Source: Thermodesulfobacteriota bacterium (GTDB lineage Bacteria; Desulfobacterota_D; UBA1144; Nemesobacterales; Nemesobacteraceae). From it: 64,000 bases of DNA. Position 1 is the first letter of the stretch. Every line of letters begins with the position of its first letter. Below the pieces are notes generated by a model, which saw nothing but the letters and a program-made list of their open reading frames with translations, was not told the origin of the DNA and did no database searches. The stretch covers positions 269,793 to 333,792 of the forward strand of contig OZ241855.1 in the NCBI GenBank assembly GCA_965202785.1, read 5' to 3'. Positions 9,339 to 21,477 of this stretch are shown piece after piece. A program made the position numbers and the translations under genes.

Positions 9339-10217
9339 TCACGGAACCGGCCCGTCGCCGTCCCAGATTTCAAGAGCCACTCTGTATATTCCGTTTTTAG
9401 AAACTCCGAAGGCTCTGCTTACAAGGGAAACGGCTTCACTCAGCGAAAATCCCCGTTCCCTGAGAAGCCAAAGCGTGCTCTGAGCCGCATCAGCAGACGC
9501 CTCGCTGTGCCCGTCCCCGCTCCCTTCCACAACTACCGTCACCTCCCCTTTCAGAGTTTCTCTTTCTGAAAGAACAGAAATCACCTCGGACAATGATCCC
9601 CTGAGCACTTCTTCATAAAGTTTTGTCATTTCCCTTGCGACGCAGATATTCCTGTCGCCGAGAATCTCCAGCATAAGACTCAATGTACGTGAAAGTCTCT
9701 TGGCGGACTCGTAAAAAACCAGAGTATAAGGGTAGCGTTTTACGTCCTTTAGAAGCTCTTTCTTCTTGGCTATGGTCTTCGGAAAAAACCCGAGAAAAAG
9801 AAAACTGTCCGTGGGAAGTCCCGAAACAACAAGCGCTGACAAAACGGCCGAAGGACCGGGTACGGGAACTACTTCTATATTGTTTTCAATCGAGAGATTT
9901 ACAAGCCTCCACCCGGGGTCGGAAACCGAAGGAGTTCCGGCGTCGGAAACAAGCCCTATGTTCTTGCCGTCTTTGAGTCTTTCAAGCAGCTTGGGCGATT
10001 TCTCAACCTCGTTGTGTTCATGGTAGCTTGTGAGGTTGGTTTCGATTCCGTAACGGGCAAGAAGTTTTTTTGTGTTTCTCGTATCCTCGCACGCTATAAC
10101 ATCACAATCCTTAAGAACGTTTACAGCCCGCAAAGTTATGTCTTCAAGATTTCCTATCGGGGTAGAGACCACGAAGAGTTTTCCAAACATACTGTTATTC
10201 GGTAAACGTCCGGGCAT
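9339..10217 (-). CDS. rsmI: 16S rRNA (cytidine1402-2'-O)-methyltransferase
   Basis: tetrapyrrole-methylase fold; FVVSTPIGNLEDITLRA...IACEDTR. Confidence 0.9.
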   Translation of the reverse strand: MPGRLPNNSMFGKLFVVSTPIGNLEDITLRAVNVLKDCDVIACEDTRNTKKLLARYGIETNLTSYHEHNEVEKSPKLLERLKDGKNIGLVSDAGTPSVSDPGWRLVNLSIENNIEVVPVPGPSAVLSALVVSGLPTDSFLFLGFFPKTIAKKKELLKDVKRYPYTLVFYESAKRLSRTLSLMLEILGDRNICVAREMTKLYEEVLRGSLSEVISVLSERETLKGEVTVVVEGSGDGHSEASADAAQSTLWLLRERGFSLSEAVSLVSRAFGVSKNGIYRVALEIWDGDGPVP

Positions 10218-10286
10218 TGAAAAGCGGTTTGCTATATGTGCTCCTTATTTTCCAAGATAAGGAAACCTGTTTTCCACAGCTTGCCG

Positions 10287-10369
<83 letters not shown>

Positions 10370-10406
10370 GGCAAAAGTCAGATTATACAGATAAACCAGA
10401 CGCACT

Positions 10407-10841
10407 TCACTGATCTTTCACCGTAACAGTTATTTTCTCCGAAAGCACGGGAGGTTTATGAGGTATGTGCACATAATTACCCAGCAGCAAACGCAGTGTA
10501 TGCTTCCCGGGGGCGAGGGTTATCTCCGTTTCCGTCTGCCCGCCTCCGAAGTGCTTTACGTTCTCGCTGAAAACAAGAGGTTTTTCCATGTCCGGCAGAC
10601 CCTCAAGATCGATTAAAAGATGGTGGTGTCCGGTATTTGGGGCCTTGACCCCGGCCGGAGCGACTCCCATGTTCACAAGCCCGAATCTTACGGTGAAAGT
10701 CTTAGCGACAACCTCCCCGTCTTTCGGGGAAATGATATACACCTTGGCGCCGGGAGGAGATTCGGAAAAATGCTCTTCCGCAAAGGCCGTACTCCATGAC
10801 ATGGCCACGGCTATGAAAAACAAAAGAAATATTCTGTTCAT
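10407..10841 (-). CDS. DUF4399-like periplasmic protein with signal peptide
   Basis: signal peptide MNRIFLLFFIAVAMSWSTAFA; conserved HHHLLIDL segment. Confidence 0.65.
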   Translation of the reverse strand: MNRIFLLFFIAVAMSWSTAFAEEHFSESPPGAKVYIISPKDGEVVAKTFTVRFGLVNMGVAPAGVKAPNTGHHHLLIDLEGLPDMEKPLVFSENVKHFGGGQTETEITLAPGKHTLRLLLGNYVHIPHKPPVLSEKITVTVKDQ

Positions 10842-10902
10842 TGTTATCGCCTCAAAATTTTTAATTGTGAAAACATTTCTGTGTTAAAAATACATGTTTT
10901 TT

Positions 10903-11901
10903 TCAGGAAAGATCAACCACAACCCTCCCAACCTGACCGCCCTCCAGTATAGTGTCTATTTCTGGATTAAGATCTTCAAGGGAAACCGTTCTGCACATCT
11001 GCTCAAGGATATCGAGCTTCCACTCGCCGGATATCTTTTCCCATACAAGCCGCCTTCTTTCCATAGGACAGCTTGCCGAATCTATGCCCACAAGGGTAAC
11101 TCCCCTCAATATGAACGGATATACATTTATGTTGAGTTCATGGGAAGCGACATTGCCGCATGTCGTCACAACGCCTCTTTGTCCCGTGGACTTAATAGCG
11201 GTGGCAAGCATCTCTCCTCCCACGGTATCGACCACCCCGGCCCACTGCCCCTTAAGCAGCAGTCTGCCCGAAGGGTCAGTTAAATCCTCTCTCCCGATGA
11301 CTTCCTCCGCCCCCAAATCCACCAGAAACTGTTCTTGGTCGGTCTTTCCCGTGGAAGCCGTCACGCTGTAGCCGGCTTTTCCAAGAATAGCGACGGCCAT
11401 GCTGCCGACCCCTCCGGTCGCCCCGGTTACGAGGATCTTTCCGCCTTCAGGCCCCACTCCGCCCTCCACAATTCTTAACACTGACTGTGCCGCCGTAAAA
11501 CCCGCGGTGCCGTACATCATCGATTCTTTTAGATCAAGTCCCGCAGGCAGGTTAACCACCCAGTCAGCCGGAACCCTCACGTATTGTCCGAATCCTCCTG
11601 AGGTATCCATTCCAAGGTCGTAGCCATGCACTATTACCCTATCTCCGGGTTTAAACTCCCCGCTTTCTGAATGCTCGACTACGCCGGCTGCGTCAACGCC
11701 GGGCGTATGAGGATAATTCTTGGTAACGCCCCTGTTTCCTATGGCCGAAAGAGCATCCTTGTAGTTAAGGGATGAATACTTTACGTTCAGCAGCACTTCC
11801 CCGTCGGGAAGACTGTTTAGTTCTCTGGTTGTGATTTCCCTGGTGAATTTCCCGTCTTCCCCCCTGCTTATAACCATCGCCTTGAAATTATCAGAACTCA
11901 T
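10903..11901 (-). CDS. YhdH/YhfP-family quinone oxidoreductase (acryloyl-CoA reductase-like MDR)
   Basis: 332 aa; GATGGVGS Rossmann motif; zinc-independent MDR. Confidence 0.85.
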   Translation of the reverse strand: MSSDNFKAMVISRGEDGKFTREITTRELNSLPDGEVLLNVKYSSLNYKDALSAIGNRGVTKNYPHTPGVDAAGVVEHSESGEFKPGDRVIVHGYDLGMDTSGGFGQYVRVPADWVVNLPAGLDLKESMMYGTAGFTAAQSVLRIVEGGVGPEGGKILVTGATGGVGSMAVAILGKAGYSVTASTGKTDQEQFLVDLGAEEVIGREDLTDPSGRLLLKGQWAGVVDTVGGEMLATAIKSTGQRGVVTTCGNVASHELNINVYPFILRGVTLVGIDSASCPMERRRLVWEKISGEWKLDILEQMCRTVSLEDLNPEIDTILEGGQVGRVVVDLS

Positions 11902-11913
11902 TTAAAACCTCCT

Positions 11914-12822
11914 TCAGTCGCGGTTTTCATCTCCGCAAAGATCCTCAAGCGCAAGTAAAAGCGCCTGCGTCCCGAGCCTTCCGTGCCCAAGCGCGCTCGC
12001 CCTTTCATAAAGGGATTTAACAAGCGCAAGCCCCGGAAGATCAATTCCCATCCGCTGCGATTCCCCAAGAGCAATCTCCATGTCCTTTATGAAATGTTCT
12101 ACGAAAAAGCCCGGGTCGAAATCTCCGTCCATTATTCTGGGGCCAAGATTATTCAGAAGCCAACTCGATGCCGCGCCGCTCCCCACGGAACGAAGCATGG
12201 TACGGGGATCAAGCCCCGCCTTCCGGCAATAAATCAAGTTCTCGCAGATCCCTATCATTACTCCCGCTACCGTAATCTGGTTGCACATCTTCGCGTGCTG
12301 ACCGGAACCCGTCTTCCCCTGGTATACAATGTTTTTTCCTAAAAGCCCCAGAAGCGGCTTTACCGAATTAAAAGCTTCCTCATCCCCTCCAACCATTATT
12401 GAAAGCTCTCCCTTAACAGCACCTACGTCTCCCCCGGAGACCGGAGCGTCCAAAGAAGCGCAGCCTAATCCAAACGCCTTTTCATATATCTCTCCCGCAA
12501 GAGTCGGTTCGGTCGTGGTCATGTCAACGAAGATGCGACCGGTCTCGGGCTCGATCAGAAGGCCGTCACGACCGAAATATACTTCTCTTACGTCATCCGG
12601 ATAACCGACAATGGTAAAGACGACATCGGCCTGGCGGACAACCTCGGCGGGAGAGTCGCACCAGATCGCCCCTTCACTCAGCAGTTCCACCGCCTTTTGC
12701 TTCGTTCTGTTAAAAACAAAAACGCGGTACCCGGCGCGAACGAGGTGTCCGCACATGGGCGCGCCCATGATCCCCGTTCCTACCCACCCTATCGAACTTT
12801 GTTCGGGACTTATTTCATTCAT
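11914..12822 (-). CDS. NAD(P)-dependent oxidoreductase, 3-hydroxyisobutyrate/2-hydroxy-3-oxopropionate reductase family
   Basis: IGWVGTGIMGAPM N-terminal Rossmann motif; 302 aa. Confidence 0.85.
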   Translation of the reverse strand: MNEISPEQSSIGWVGTGIMGAPMCGHLVRAGYRVFVFNRTKQKAVELLSEGAIWCDSPAEVVRQADVVFTIVGYPDDVREVYFGRDGLLIEPETGRIFVDMTTTEPTLAGEIYEKAFGLGCASLDAPVSGGDVGAVKGELSIMVGGDEEAFNSVKPLLGLLGKNIVYQGKTGSGQHAKMCNQITVAGVMIGICENLIYCRKAGLDPRTMLRSVGSGAASSWLLNNLGPRIMDGDFDPGFFVEHFIKDMEIALGESQRMGIDLPGLALVKSLYERASALGHGRLGTQALLLALEDLCGDENRD

Positions 12823-12840
12823 TTGCGCTGAAAACTATTG

Positions 12841-14490
12841 CTAAGCAACTTCTTGACGCTTAAGCATGGGAAGATATTTCCCGCCAAGGAGTATGTGCCC
12901 CTCGCTTGAACCGGCAAGAAGCCTTTGCACGAGATATTCTCTGTCAGGCCCGAGAACGTTAACCCCGTGGTCTGACTCGACAAGGCACAGAAGCTTTATG
13001 TCGCTGCCGTTTTTGGTTGCGGTTTCATAAACCGCGGAATAGTTGAGAAGAGCGGCTTCCACGGTGCCGCAGGGAAGAGAGGGATTCCGGGCTCCGGCGT
13101 GGTGTTCGCTCACGCCGAACCAGCATGGGTCAGGGTAGCCGTGAAAATGCAGAATGGACATTTCCTTCTCAATCAGAGAAGGGGCATAAAGAGCGGAGGA
13201 AAGTGCCTGAGAGAGTATAACGTAAGTATCAAAAGACGGCCTTATGTCTTTTCTTCCCAAGTCGACTCCTCTGGGTATCTCGAGATGAAGCTTTCCCTTC
13301 ACAAGGCCAATTCTGACTATATCCGAATCCGGATTCAGGTTTGTTTTATCGCATCCCGACCTTGAAGTAACAATCCAGATGTCAGGAACCTGCTGGTACA
13401 CCGTCTCATCACCGAGAAGGGTTTTAACATACCATCTGTCGTTCGAGGCCGCTCTTACCTCCTCGGGGTTGTAACCCGCAATTTCCTGCAGGGAATTCCA
13501 CATATCCCCGTCGATATATTTATCCCCATCGTATCCTGGGGGCTCGGCAAGCGCGATGAAGCCGTACGAAACTCCGGTCCTCCCGTCAAGTATCTTGTTC
13601 GCCACATCCCTGTGCGACAGGCGCTTTATCGCATCTACAAACTTTGACCCAGCGGGAAAAAGATCGGTGCTTTTAAGGTCCGCACCCAGGGCAGACAGCT
13701 TCTGGGCGTATTCAAATTCCTTCGGGTCGTATTCGCTTACGGAAAAACGCGTCAGAACGGGTGGCTTTATGGGAGCGTATATCTTCGGAATAAGCGAATA
13801 AAGCACGAAATCATCAAGCTGACCATGGGTATATATGGAATCGGAGAGATTCATGTTTATTATCGCAAAATTCCTGTGCGAAACCCCTATAACGATCTCC
13901 GACATGTTGGTTATCAGGTTTTTCAGGCCTAGGGAGATTTTTCTTTCATAAGTCGTATCCTCATTCTCAAACTCCGGGTCAAGTGACATTATCGTGATAA
14001 CCTGAGTGTTATAGGGATCCTGGAGATAGCCGACGGTGAAATCGTCCGCCCAGCCGCTTATCTTCAGTATGCTGCTGACCGAAAGGGTATCTTTCCTGAC
14101 AAACCTGTAGATGTTCTCGGCCACCTTGCTCAGAAACCACCTGAGCGGAGAAAGCTTCTTTTTAACGTCTATTACGGCGTTTACCTTCCTCCTCACGGAC
14201 CTAAGTCCCATGAGCTTGGAAAACATTCCGTAAGATGCGTCCTCAATTGTTGCGTCTTCCCAGGAAATAACGTTGACCCCGTTGCTCAGAAGCGAGTTCC
14301 TGAGTCTCTCCCTGTACGCGTTTATCTCGGTGTCCGGGTAATTTTTCGGAATCGGCTTGAAGGTTACGGTAACCCGCTCCGACATCTCAGTGGGATTTTT
14401 GGGATTGACTAGGTTTTTTATCTTCGGCATTCCGGCAAGTGCCGCTATGGTCCGCAGATCTAAATCCGCAATTCCCTGACGATCGTTCAT
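12841..14490 (-). CDS. large conserved-looking hypothetical protein (~549 aa) embedded in dagK-plsC operon
   Basis: continuous 556-codon ORF (track 12841..14511); GAGGT RBS before second ATG at 14490; no family recognised by eye. Confidence 0.6.
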   Translation of the reverse strand: MNDRQGIADLDLRTIAALAGMPKIKNLVNPKNPTEMSERVTVTFKPIPKNYPDTEINAYRERLRNSLLSNGVNVISWEDATIEDASYGMFSKLMGLRSVRRKVNAVIDVKKKLSPLRWFLSKVAENIYRFVRKDTLSVSSILKISGWADDFTVGYLQDPYNTQVITIMSLDPEFENEDTTYERKISLGLKNLITNMSEIVIGVSHRNFAIINMNLSDSIYTHGQLDDFVLYSLIPKIYAPIKPPVLTRFSVSEYDPKEFEYAQKLSALGADLKSTDLFPAGSKFVDAIKRLSHRDVANKILDGRTGVSYGFIALAEPPGYDGDKYIDGDMWNSLQEIAGYNPEEVRAASNDRWYVKTLLGDETVYQQVPDIWIVTSRSGCDKTNLNPDSDIVRIGLVKGKLHLEIPRGVDLGRKDIRPSFDTYVILSQALSSALYAPSLIEKEMSILHFHGYPDPCWFGVSEHHAGARNPSLPCGTVEAALLNYSAVYETATKNGSDIKLLCLVESDHGVNVLGPDREYLVQRLLAGSSEGHILLGGKYLPMLKRQEVA

Positions 14491-14591
14491 AAAAAAGACA
14501 ACCTCACACAACTCGTATCAGAGTACAGGTAAAGGGGCAAACAAAACAGAGCAAACGAAAGTTCCAACCAAGCCCGGACAACCTCTAGAGT

Positions 14592-15341
14592 TTAACGATT
14601 GCTACGGATTTTTTCAATCTCGCGAAGCATCTCTTCCCGGACTACACCTTCAAGCTTCTCCCCACCCTCCTTTCCCTTTGGAAAGCTTGCGGTATCTATA
14701 GGAGGAAGAACTCTGACTACAATATCTGTGTCGGTATTAAGTTCGTAGGAACCCTTTTTTCTTATATCCTTGCCTCCCCATATGATCATCGGCACAACCG
14801 GCACCCTTGAAAGCGAGGCCATAAAAAAACCGCCCTGTTTAAAAGGAAGAAGTTCTCCATCCTCGCTTCTTGTGCCCTCAGGAGCAATAACCACCGAAGG
14901 TCCATTTCTTATTTTCCTTACGATTTCCCGGACTTTGTTCGTATCTCCAACCGAACCGTCCCTCGCAACGAAATACTGTCCGCTAAGTACGCACACCCAG
15001 CCAATAAAAGGAATCGAGGCGACTTCATTCTTCATGACCGCCCTCCACTCGAAAGGCAGCACCGCGGAGAAAACAGGTATGTCTAGGGAACTCTGGTGGT
15101 TGAACATCACTATGAAAGGAGCTTGCGGGAAATTTTCAGTTCCTTTTACGTCAAGCTGAACTCCGCAGGACCAAAGAACTGTTTTTCCCCAAGGCCGAAC
15201 GGAGCACTTTATAAGATGCCTTACGGCGAGAAGTGACATCACAACCCCCACACTGCCCCAGAACGCCGTAAACAGGGACGAAAAAATTATCGCCACAAAG
15301 CTTCTTATTTTATTCATCACTGCTACTCCGTCACGTCGCAA
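14592..15341 (-). CDS. plsC: 1-acyl-sn-glycerol-3-phosphate acyltransferase
   Basis: NHQSSLD and PEGTRS acyltransferase motifs; N-terminal TM segment. Confidence 0.85.
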   Translation of the reverse strand: MRRDGVAVMNKIRSFVAIIFSSLFTAFWGSVGVVMSLLAVRHLIKCSVRPWGKTVLWSCGVQLDVKGTENFPQAPFIVMFNHQSSLDIPVFSAVLPFEWRAVMKNEVASIPFIGWVCVLSGQYFVARDGSVGDTNKVREIVRKIRNGPSVVIAPEGTRSEDGELLPFKQGGFFMASLSRVPVVPMIIWGGKDIRKKGSYELNTDTDIVVRVLPPIDTASFPKGKEGGEKLEGVVREEMLREIEKIRSNR

Positions 15342-15363
15342 AAAGAGTCTCCGGGACCCCGGC

Positions 15364-16245
15364 CTATGCGGGAACTATAATGTTTACTCCCTGCTCCTCA
15401 ATCCGTATATCATGTTTTCCGGAACGAAGAAGGAATGTCTCCCCGTCCATGTGAGCCGGAAGATCGGTAAAGGTTTCAAACCGCAGTTGCTTCGCCCTTA
15501 CAATACTGACCTCTCGAAGTCCCTCGTGGTGACCCTTAAGCACCTTTTGTATCTTAAGAAGCCTCCCCACAGAACTCATGTCACTTATTATATGGATATC
15601 AAGATATCCGTCGAATATATCAGCCCCAGGAGCTAAATTGAACTTTCCACCCTGAAAAGGGCCGTTTGAAGCGCCGAAGAGAAGCAGTTTTTCACCCGCG
15701 GCGCCGACTTCTCCATCCATCTCGGAGAAAAACCCTTGGAACCGAAATGCCTCGATCACCGCTCCAACAATGTAACCGAAGGAACCGAAGCGCCTGAGCC
15801 CTAGCTCTCCGAAATCATGCGCCACTGCCCCGTCCATCCCTACCCCGAAACCGTTTATAAAGCATTTTTCGTCGACAAAAGCCACATCAGCTTTTCTCGT
15901 TCGCCCAGAGAAGACATTGTCCACCGCCGCACGCGTATCAAGCGGAATACCGGCTGCCTTGGAGAAATCGTTCCCGCTGCCGCCCGGAATAATTCCCAAA
16001 ATAGCTTCTGTTCCGCGAATCGAACTTACGATCTCACTTGACGTACCGTCCCCTCCAAGAGAAATCATGTGAGTAAAGCCTTCACGAAGTCCCTCTGTGG
16101 CGATCTTTGCGGCGTGCCCGGGAAATTGCGTAAACCTCACCTCGTGGATAACTTCTTTTGCTTCAAAAGCACTGCGGATCTGCTCAAGCGTTGGGCCAAA
16201 CGCTTTTCTGCCCGCTTTGGGGTTCGCTATTACAAGATATTTCAT
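15364..16245 (-). CDS. diacylglycerol kinase-family lipid kinase (YegS/DagK-like)
   Basis: MKYLVIANPKAGRK...GGDGT motif; ORF track extends to 16287. Confidence 0.8.
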   Translation of the reverse strand: MKYLVIANPKAGRKAFGPTLEQIRSAFEAKEVIHEVRFTQFPGHAAKIATEGLREGFTHMISLGGDGTSSEIVSSIRGTEAILGIIPGGSGNDFSKAAGIPLDTRAAVDNVFSGRTRKADVAFVDEKCFINGFGVGMDGAVAHDFGELGLRRFGSFGYIVGAVIEAFRFQGFFSEMDGEVGAAGEKLLLFGASNGPFQGGKFNLAPGADIFDGYLDIHIISDMSSVGRLLKIQKVLKGHHEGLREVSIVRAKQLRFETFTDLPAHMDGETFLLRSGKHDIRIEEQGVNIIVPA

Positions 16246-16367
16246 CTTGTCTTCTTCTTGCTCCCGGAATCGGGGGTTTCGGAACATTATGATACCCTAC
16301 AACTTGATTAATAATTGTTTTTCTGGTATTAAAACCTGATTTGCAAAAGGGATTTGGAGGATAATTA

Positions 16368-17288
16368 ATGACAGAAGAAGTCGCAGTTGGCGAAAAACTC
16401 AGCATGAAAAGCCTGCTTGAAGCGGGAGTTCATTTCGGACACCAGAAAAGTCACTGGAATCCGAAAATGAAATCCTTTATCTTCGGAGCAAGAAACGGCA
16501 TTCACATAATCGATCTTCAGCAGACCGTCACGCTTTTTAACAGGGCGTATACTTTCGTGAAAAACACAGTGGCGGACGGAGGAAACGTTTTGCTGGTGGG
16601 GACCAAGAAACAGGCCAGGGGAATAATCGAGGAAGAATCGGTCCGATGCAGCATGCCCTACATAAACACGCGTTGGCTGGGTGGAACCCTTACTAATTTC
16701 AACACGATACGTTCGAGGGTTGATTACCTGCTGGAACTGAAGAAGCTTGAGGAAGACGGGCAGATGGAAATGCTTCCGAAAAGAGAAGCGAAAAACCTTA
16801 GAAGGGAGATAGTAAAGCTCGAGGGGCTTCTGGGTGGAATAGTAACCATGAGGCGGGCTCCCGATGCTATTTTCGTCGTAGATACAAAAAAAGAGCATAT
16901 AGCCATAAAAGAAGCGAGAAACCTCTCGATACCGATTATAGCAATCGTAGACACGAATTGTGACCCCGCAAATGCGGATTATCCGATTCCGAGTAATGAC
17001 GACGCCATAAGGGCGATAAAGCTGTTCACTTCAAAAATAGCGGACGCCTGCATTGAAGGAACTCACATATACCAGGAAAAACTGGTGAGCGGAGAGGTTG
17101 AACAGGAAAAAGAAGACAGCCTTGATGGCGTAGTGGTAGAAAGGAAGGTGTTTGTTTTCAAAGAAGCTGAGTCCGACGATACCGAGGAAAGCTTTGTTTC
17201 CGTAGCGATATCGGAATCTTCGCAAAGTGAAGACGCCCGGGCACAGAAAGAGATATCGGAGAATACAGAAGACAAAAAAGAGGATTAA
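16368..17288 (+). CDS. rpsB: 30S ribosomal protein S2 with acidic C-terminal extension
   Basis: canonical S2 N-terminal ~240 aa plus ~60-aa Glu/Asp/Ser-rich tail. Confidence 0.95.
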   Translation: MTEEVAVGEKLSMKSLLEAGVHFGHQKSHWNPKMKSFIFGARNGIHIIDLQQTVTLFNRAYTFVKNTVADGGNVLLVGTKKQARGIIEEESVRCSMPYINTRWLGGTLTNFNTIRSRVDYLLELKKLEEDGQMEMLPKREAKNLRREIVKLEGLLGGIVTMRRAPDAIFVVDTKKEHIAIKEARNLSIPIIAIVDTNCDPANADYPIPSNDDAIRAIKLFTSKIADACIEGTHIYQEKLVSGEVEQEKEDSLDGVVVERKVFVFKEAESDDTEESFVSVAISESSQSEDARAQKEISENTEDKKED

Positions 17289-17290
17289 AA

Positions 17291-17887
17291 ATGGCTGAAA
17301 TCAAGGCAACAATGGTAAAGGAGTTGAGAGAAAAGACAGGAGCTCCTTTTATTGACTGCAAGAACGCACTTGTGGAAACCGACGGGGACTTCGAGAAAGC
17401 TTCCGAGGTCCTGAGAATAAAGGGCGTCGCGAAAGCTTCTAAAAAAACTACCAGAAAAACCGACCAGGGAATCATATCCTCATACGTTCACGCGGGCGGC
17501 AAGATCGGCGTAATGCTCGAAGTTAACTGCGAGACGGATTTTGTGGCCAGAAACGACGAGTTTCAGAACCTCTGCAGGGAAGTCGCGATGCAGATAGCGG
17601 CAAACAATCCTACTTACGTAAAGAAGGAAGAGGTTTCGGAAGAAGAAGTAGAAAATGAAAGGCGGATTCTCAAGGCAGAAGCTATGGAATCGGGAAAACC
17701 CGAGAATATAGCGGAAAAGATGGTTGCGGGAAGAATAAACAAGTTTTTCGAGGAAATATGCCTTCTTGAGCAGCCCTACATAAGAGACCCCAAGATGAAA
17801 GTCGTGGACCTTGTAAACAACCTGATAGCCAAGATCGGCGAAAACATAGTTGTAAAAAGATTCGTAAGATACCAGCTGGGCGAATGA
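17291..17887 (+). CDS. tsf: elongation factor Ts
   Basis: EF-Ts sequence MVKELREKTGAPFIDCKNAL. Confidence 0.95.
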   Translation: MAEIKATMVKELREKTGAPFIDCKNALVETDGDFEKASEVLRIKGVAKASKKTTRKTDQGIISSYVHAGGKIGVMLEVNCETDFVARNDEFQNLCREVAMQIAANNPTYVKKEEVSEEEVENERRILKAEAMESGKPENIAEKMVAGRINKFFEEICLLEQPYIRDPKMKVVDLVNNLIAKIGENIVVKRFVRYQLGE

Positions 17888-19212
<1,325 letters not shown>

Positions 19213-19224
19213 GAACCGCGCGGA

Positions 19225-20505
19225 TTACCGCCTGATAACCCTTACACCATCCATATAGGGAACCAGCACCTCGGGAATTTCCACCGTTCCCTCTTCGGTC
19301 TGGAAATTCTCAACAATCGCCAGCAGGGCTCTGCCCACAGCCACCCCGGAACCATTAAGAGTATGAAGATAGGCCGGCTTGGAGCCTTTTGATTTTCTGT
19401 ATCTTATATTGGCACGCCTCGCCTGAAACGCCTCAAAATTGCTGCAGGACGATATTTCCCTGTATCTACCTTCGCTCGGTACCCATACTTCAAGATCATA
19501 AGTCTTGGCGGAAGAAAACCCCATGTCTCCCGTGCAAAGAACAACAACCCTGTAAGGAATGCCCAGAAGTTCAAGAATCTTAGCAGCATCAGCAGTCAGC
19601 ATTTCAAGTTCCTCGTACGAATTCTCCGGGTCGGCGAAGCGTACAAGCTCCACTTTGTTAAACTGATGCTGCCTTATTATCCCGTGCACGTCCTTCCCGT
19701 AAGAACCCGCTTCCTTCCTGAAGCACGGAGTGTAAGCCACGTATTTAATCGGAAGCATCTCCGCGGGAATTATCTCGTCGCGGTGAATGTTGGTAACGGG
19801 AACCTCGGCAGTGGGAACCAAGTAATAGTCCGTATCGTTAAGCTTGAAAAGATCTTCCTCGAATTTGGGGAGATTCCCCGTTCCAGTAAGACTCTCCGTG
19901 TTAGCTACGAAGGGAGTGAGGACCTCTGTGTACCCGTGCTGCTTGGTATGAAAATCGAGCATGAAATTTATAAGAGCCCTCTCAAGCCGCGCGCCTGCGT
20001 TTTTGTAAAGCGCAAACCGTGCACCTGCGATCTTCGTCGCCCTAGGAAGATCGAGTATATCGAGCTCAGCCCCCAGCAGCACGTGGTCCTTCACCTCGAA
20101 ATCAAAATCCCTTGGTTCTCCCCACTTCCTTATCTCGACGTTTGCCGTGTCATCTGGACCCTCGGGAACCGAAGAATCGGGCATGTTGGGAACAGTCAGG
20201 AGAAACTCCCTGAGAAGCCCCTCCGCTTCCGCTTTCTTCTCGTTAAGATCTTTTATCTCATCCGAGAGAGCCTTCAGTTCAGGCAGAAGTTCTGAAAGTC
20301 CTTGCTGATCTCCGGACCTCTTAAGGGCACCCACTTTTCTTGAGCCCTCGTTTCTCCGGTGTTCCAGAGTCTCAACCCTTTTTATTATCTCTTTTCTGCG
20401 GGAATTCAGTACTGTAAATTCCGATAGATCGGTCTCAAAACCGCGGGTAGCAAGTTTTTCACCCACAAGGTCAATATTTCGCTCAATCAATTTAGGATCT
20501 AGCAT
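19225..20505 (-). CDS. serS: seryl-tRNA synthetase
   Basis: 426 aa; MLDPKLIRENIDLV start and class II motifs. Confidence 0.95.
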   Translation of the reverse strand: MLDPKLIERNIDLVGEKLATRGFETDLSEFTVLNSRRKEIIKRVETLEHRRNEGSRKVGALKRSGDQQGLSELLPELKALSDEIKDLNEKKAEAEGLLREFLLTVPNMPDSSVPEGPDDTANVEIRKWGEPRDFDFEVKDHVLLGAELDILDLPRATKIAGARFALYKNAGARLERALINFMLDFHTKQHGYTEVLTPFVANTESLTGTGNLPKFEEDLFKLNDTDYYLVPTAEVPVTNIHRDEIIPAEMLPIKYVAYTPCFRKEAGSYGKDVHGIIRQHQFNKVELVRFADPENSYEELEMLTADAAKILELLGIPYRVVVLCTGDMGFSSAKTYDLEVWVPSEGRYREISSCSNFEAFQARRANIRYRKSKGSKPAYLHTLNGSGVAVGRALLAIVENFQTEEGTVEIPEVLVPYMDGVRVIRR

Positions 20506-20683
20506 CTGAGATACATGCTCCGGCAGAACTTGAAAAAATCAAAAGTCAGGTGTCTAATTCAGGGAATTATATACACTCACAGCCAATATTTTCAAACAGC
20601 CAGGGGCTTTGCACAAAAGGTTCTTTTCGGGTTTAATAACCAAACATACAAAGCTGAAAGAGCGTCAAGAAAGGGAGTAACTA

Positions 20684-21403
20684 ATGAAAATACTGAATAA
20701 CGGAATAGAAATAACCTACTTTGGACATTCCACTTTCTCAGTAAAATCGCCCTCCGGAAAAACGGTGATGATAGATCCGTGGATTGAGGGAAACCCATCG
20801 TGTCCGGAGCAGCTTCGTGAAGTCGGTCATGTTGATATCATAGCAGTCACACACGGGCATTTTGATCATATAAGTGACGTGGTTCCTCTATGCAGCAAGT
20901 ATAACCCCAAAGTAGTGGCAAACTGGGAGATCTGCGACTGGCTGGGCTCAAAAGGAGTTCAAAACTGCATGCCGTGTAACAAGGGAGGCAACGTGGTCAT
21001 AGACGGAATAAGGTTCACAATGACCCACGCACAGCACAGCAGCAGCATGAAAGAGGAAGACGGAACTGTCATCTATGGCGGGGAACCGGCAGGCTACATA
21101 ATAAAGTTTGAAAATGACTACACAATATATCATGCCGGAGATACCAACATTTTCGGCGACATGAAACTTATATCGGAGATATACAAGCCGCAACTGGCAA
21201 TGCTGCCCATCGGAGATCTCTTCACTATGTCTCCGCTTGAGGCATCATACGCATGCAGGCTGCTCAACGTGAAATGGGTCGTCCCCATGCACTACGGAAC
21301 TTTTCCGCTCCTGGTGGGAACCCCTGATGAACTGAAGTCGCTGACCAAGGGCATAGATTCGCTGAGTGTGGTTGCCTTGGAGCCGGGACAGCAGATCACA
21401 TGA
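20684..21403 (+). CDS. metallo-beta-lactamase-fold metal-dependent hydrolase (UPF0173-like)
   Basis: HGHFDH motif, 239 aa. Confidence 0.8.
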   Translation: MKILNNGIEITYFGHSTFSVKSPSGKTVMIDPWIEGNPSCPEQLREVGHVDIIAVTHGHFDHISDVVPLCSKYNPKVVANWEICDWLGSKGVQNCMPCNKGGNVVIDGIRFTMTHAQHSSSMKEEDGTVIYGGEPAGYIIKFENDYTIYHAGDTNIFGDMKLISEIYKPQLAMLPIGDLFTMSPLEASYACRLLNVKWVVPMHYGTFPLLVGTPDELKSLTKGIDSLSVVALEPGQQIT

Positions 21404-21477
21404 CTTGCAAAGGCCTTTTACTTCAGAGCTAAAGGAGCTTTTTTGTCCTCATAAAAAGACAGCTTCATAAAAAAATT

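Noticed and set aside
16365-16898. 177-aa minus ORF antisense to rpsB, and many similar antisense ORFs within tsf, serS, rpoD, dnaG, glyS and others
   Set aside because: Fully contained in strongly supported conserved genes on the opposite strand.
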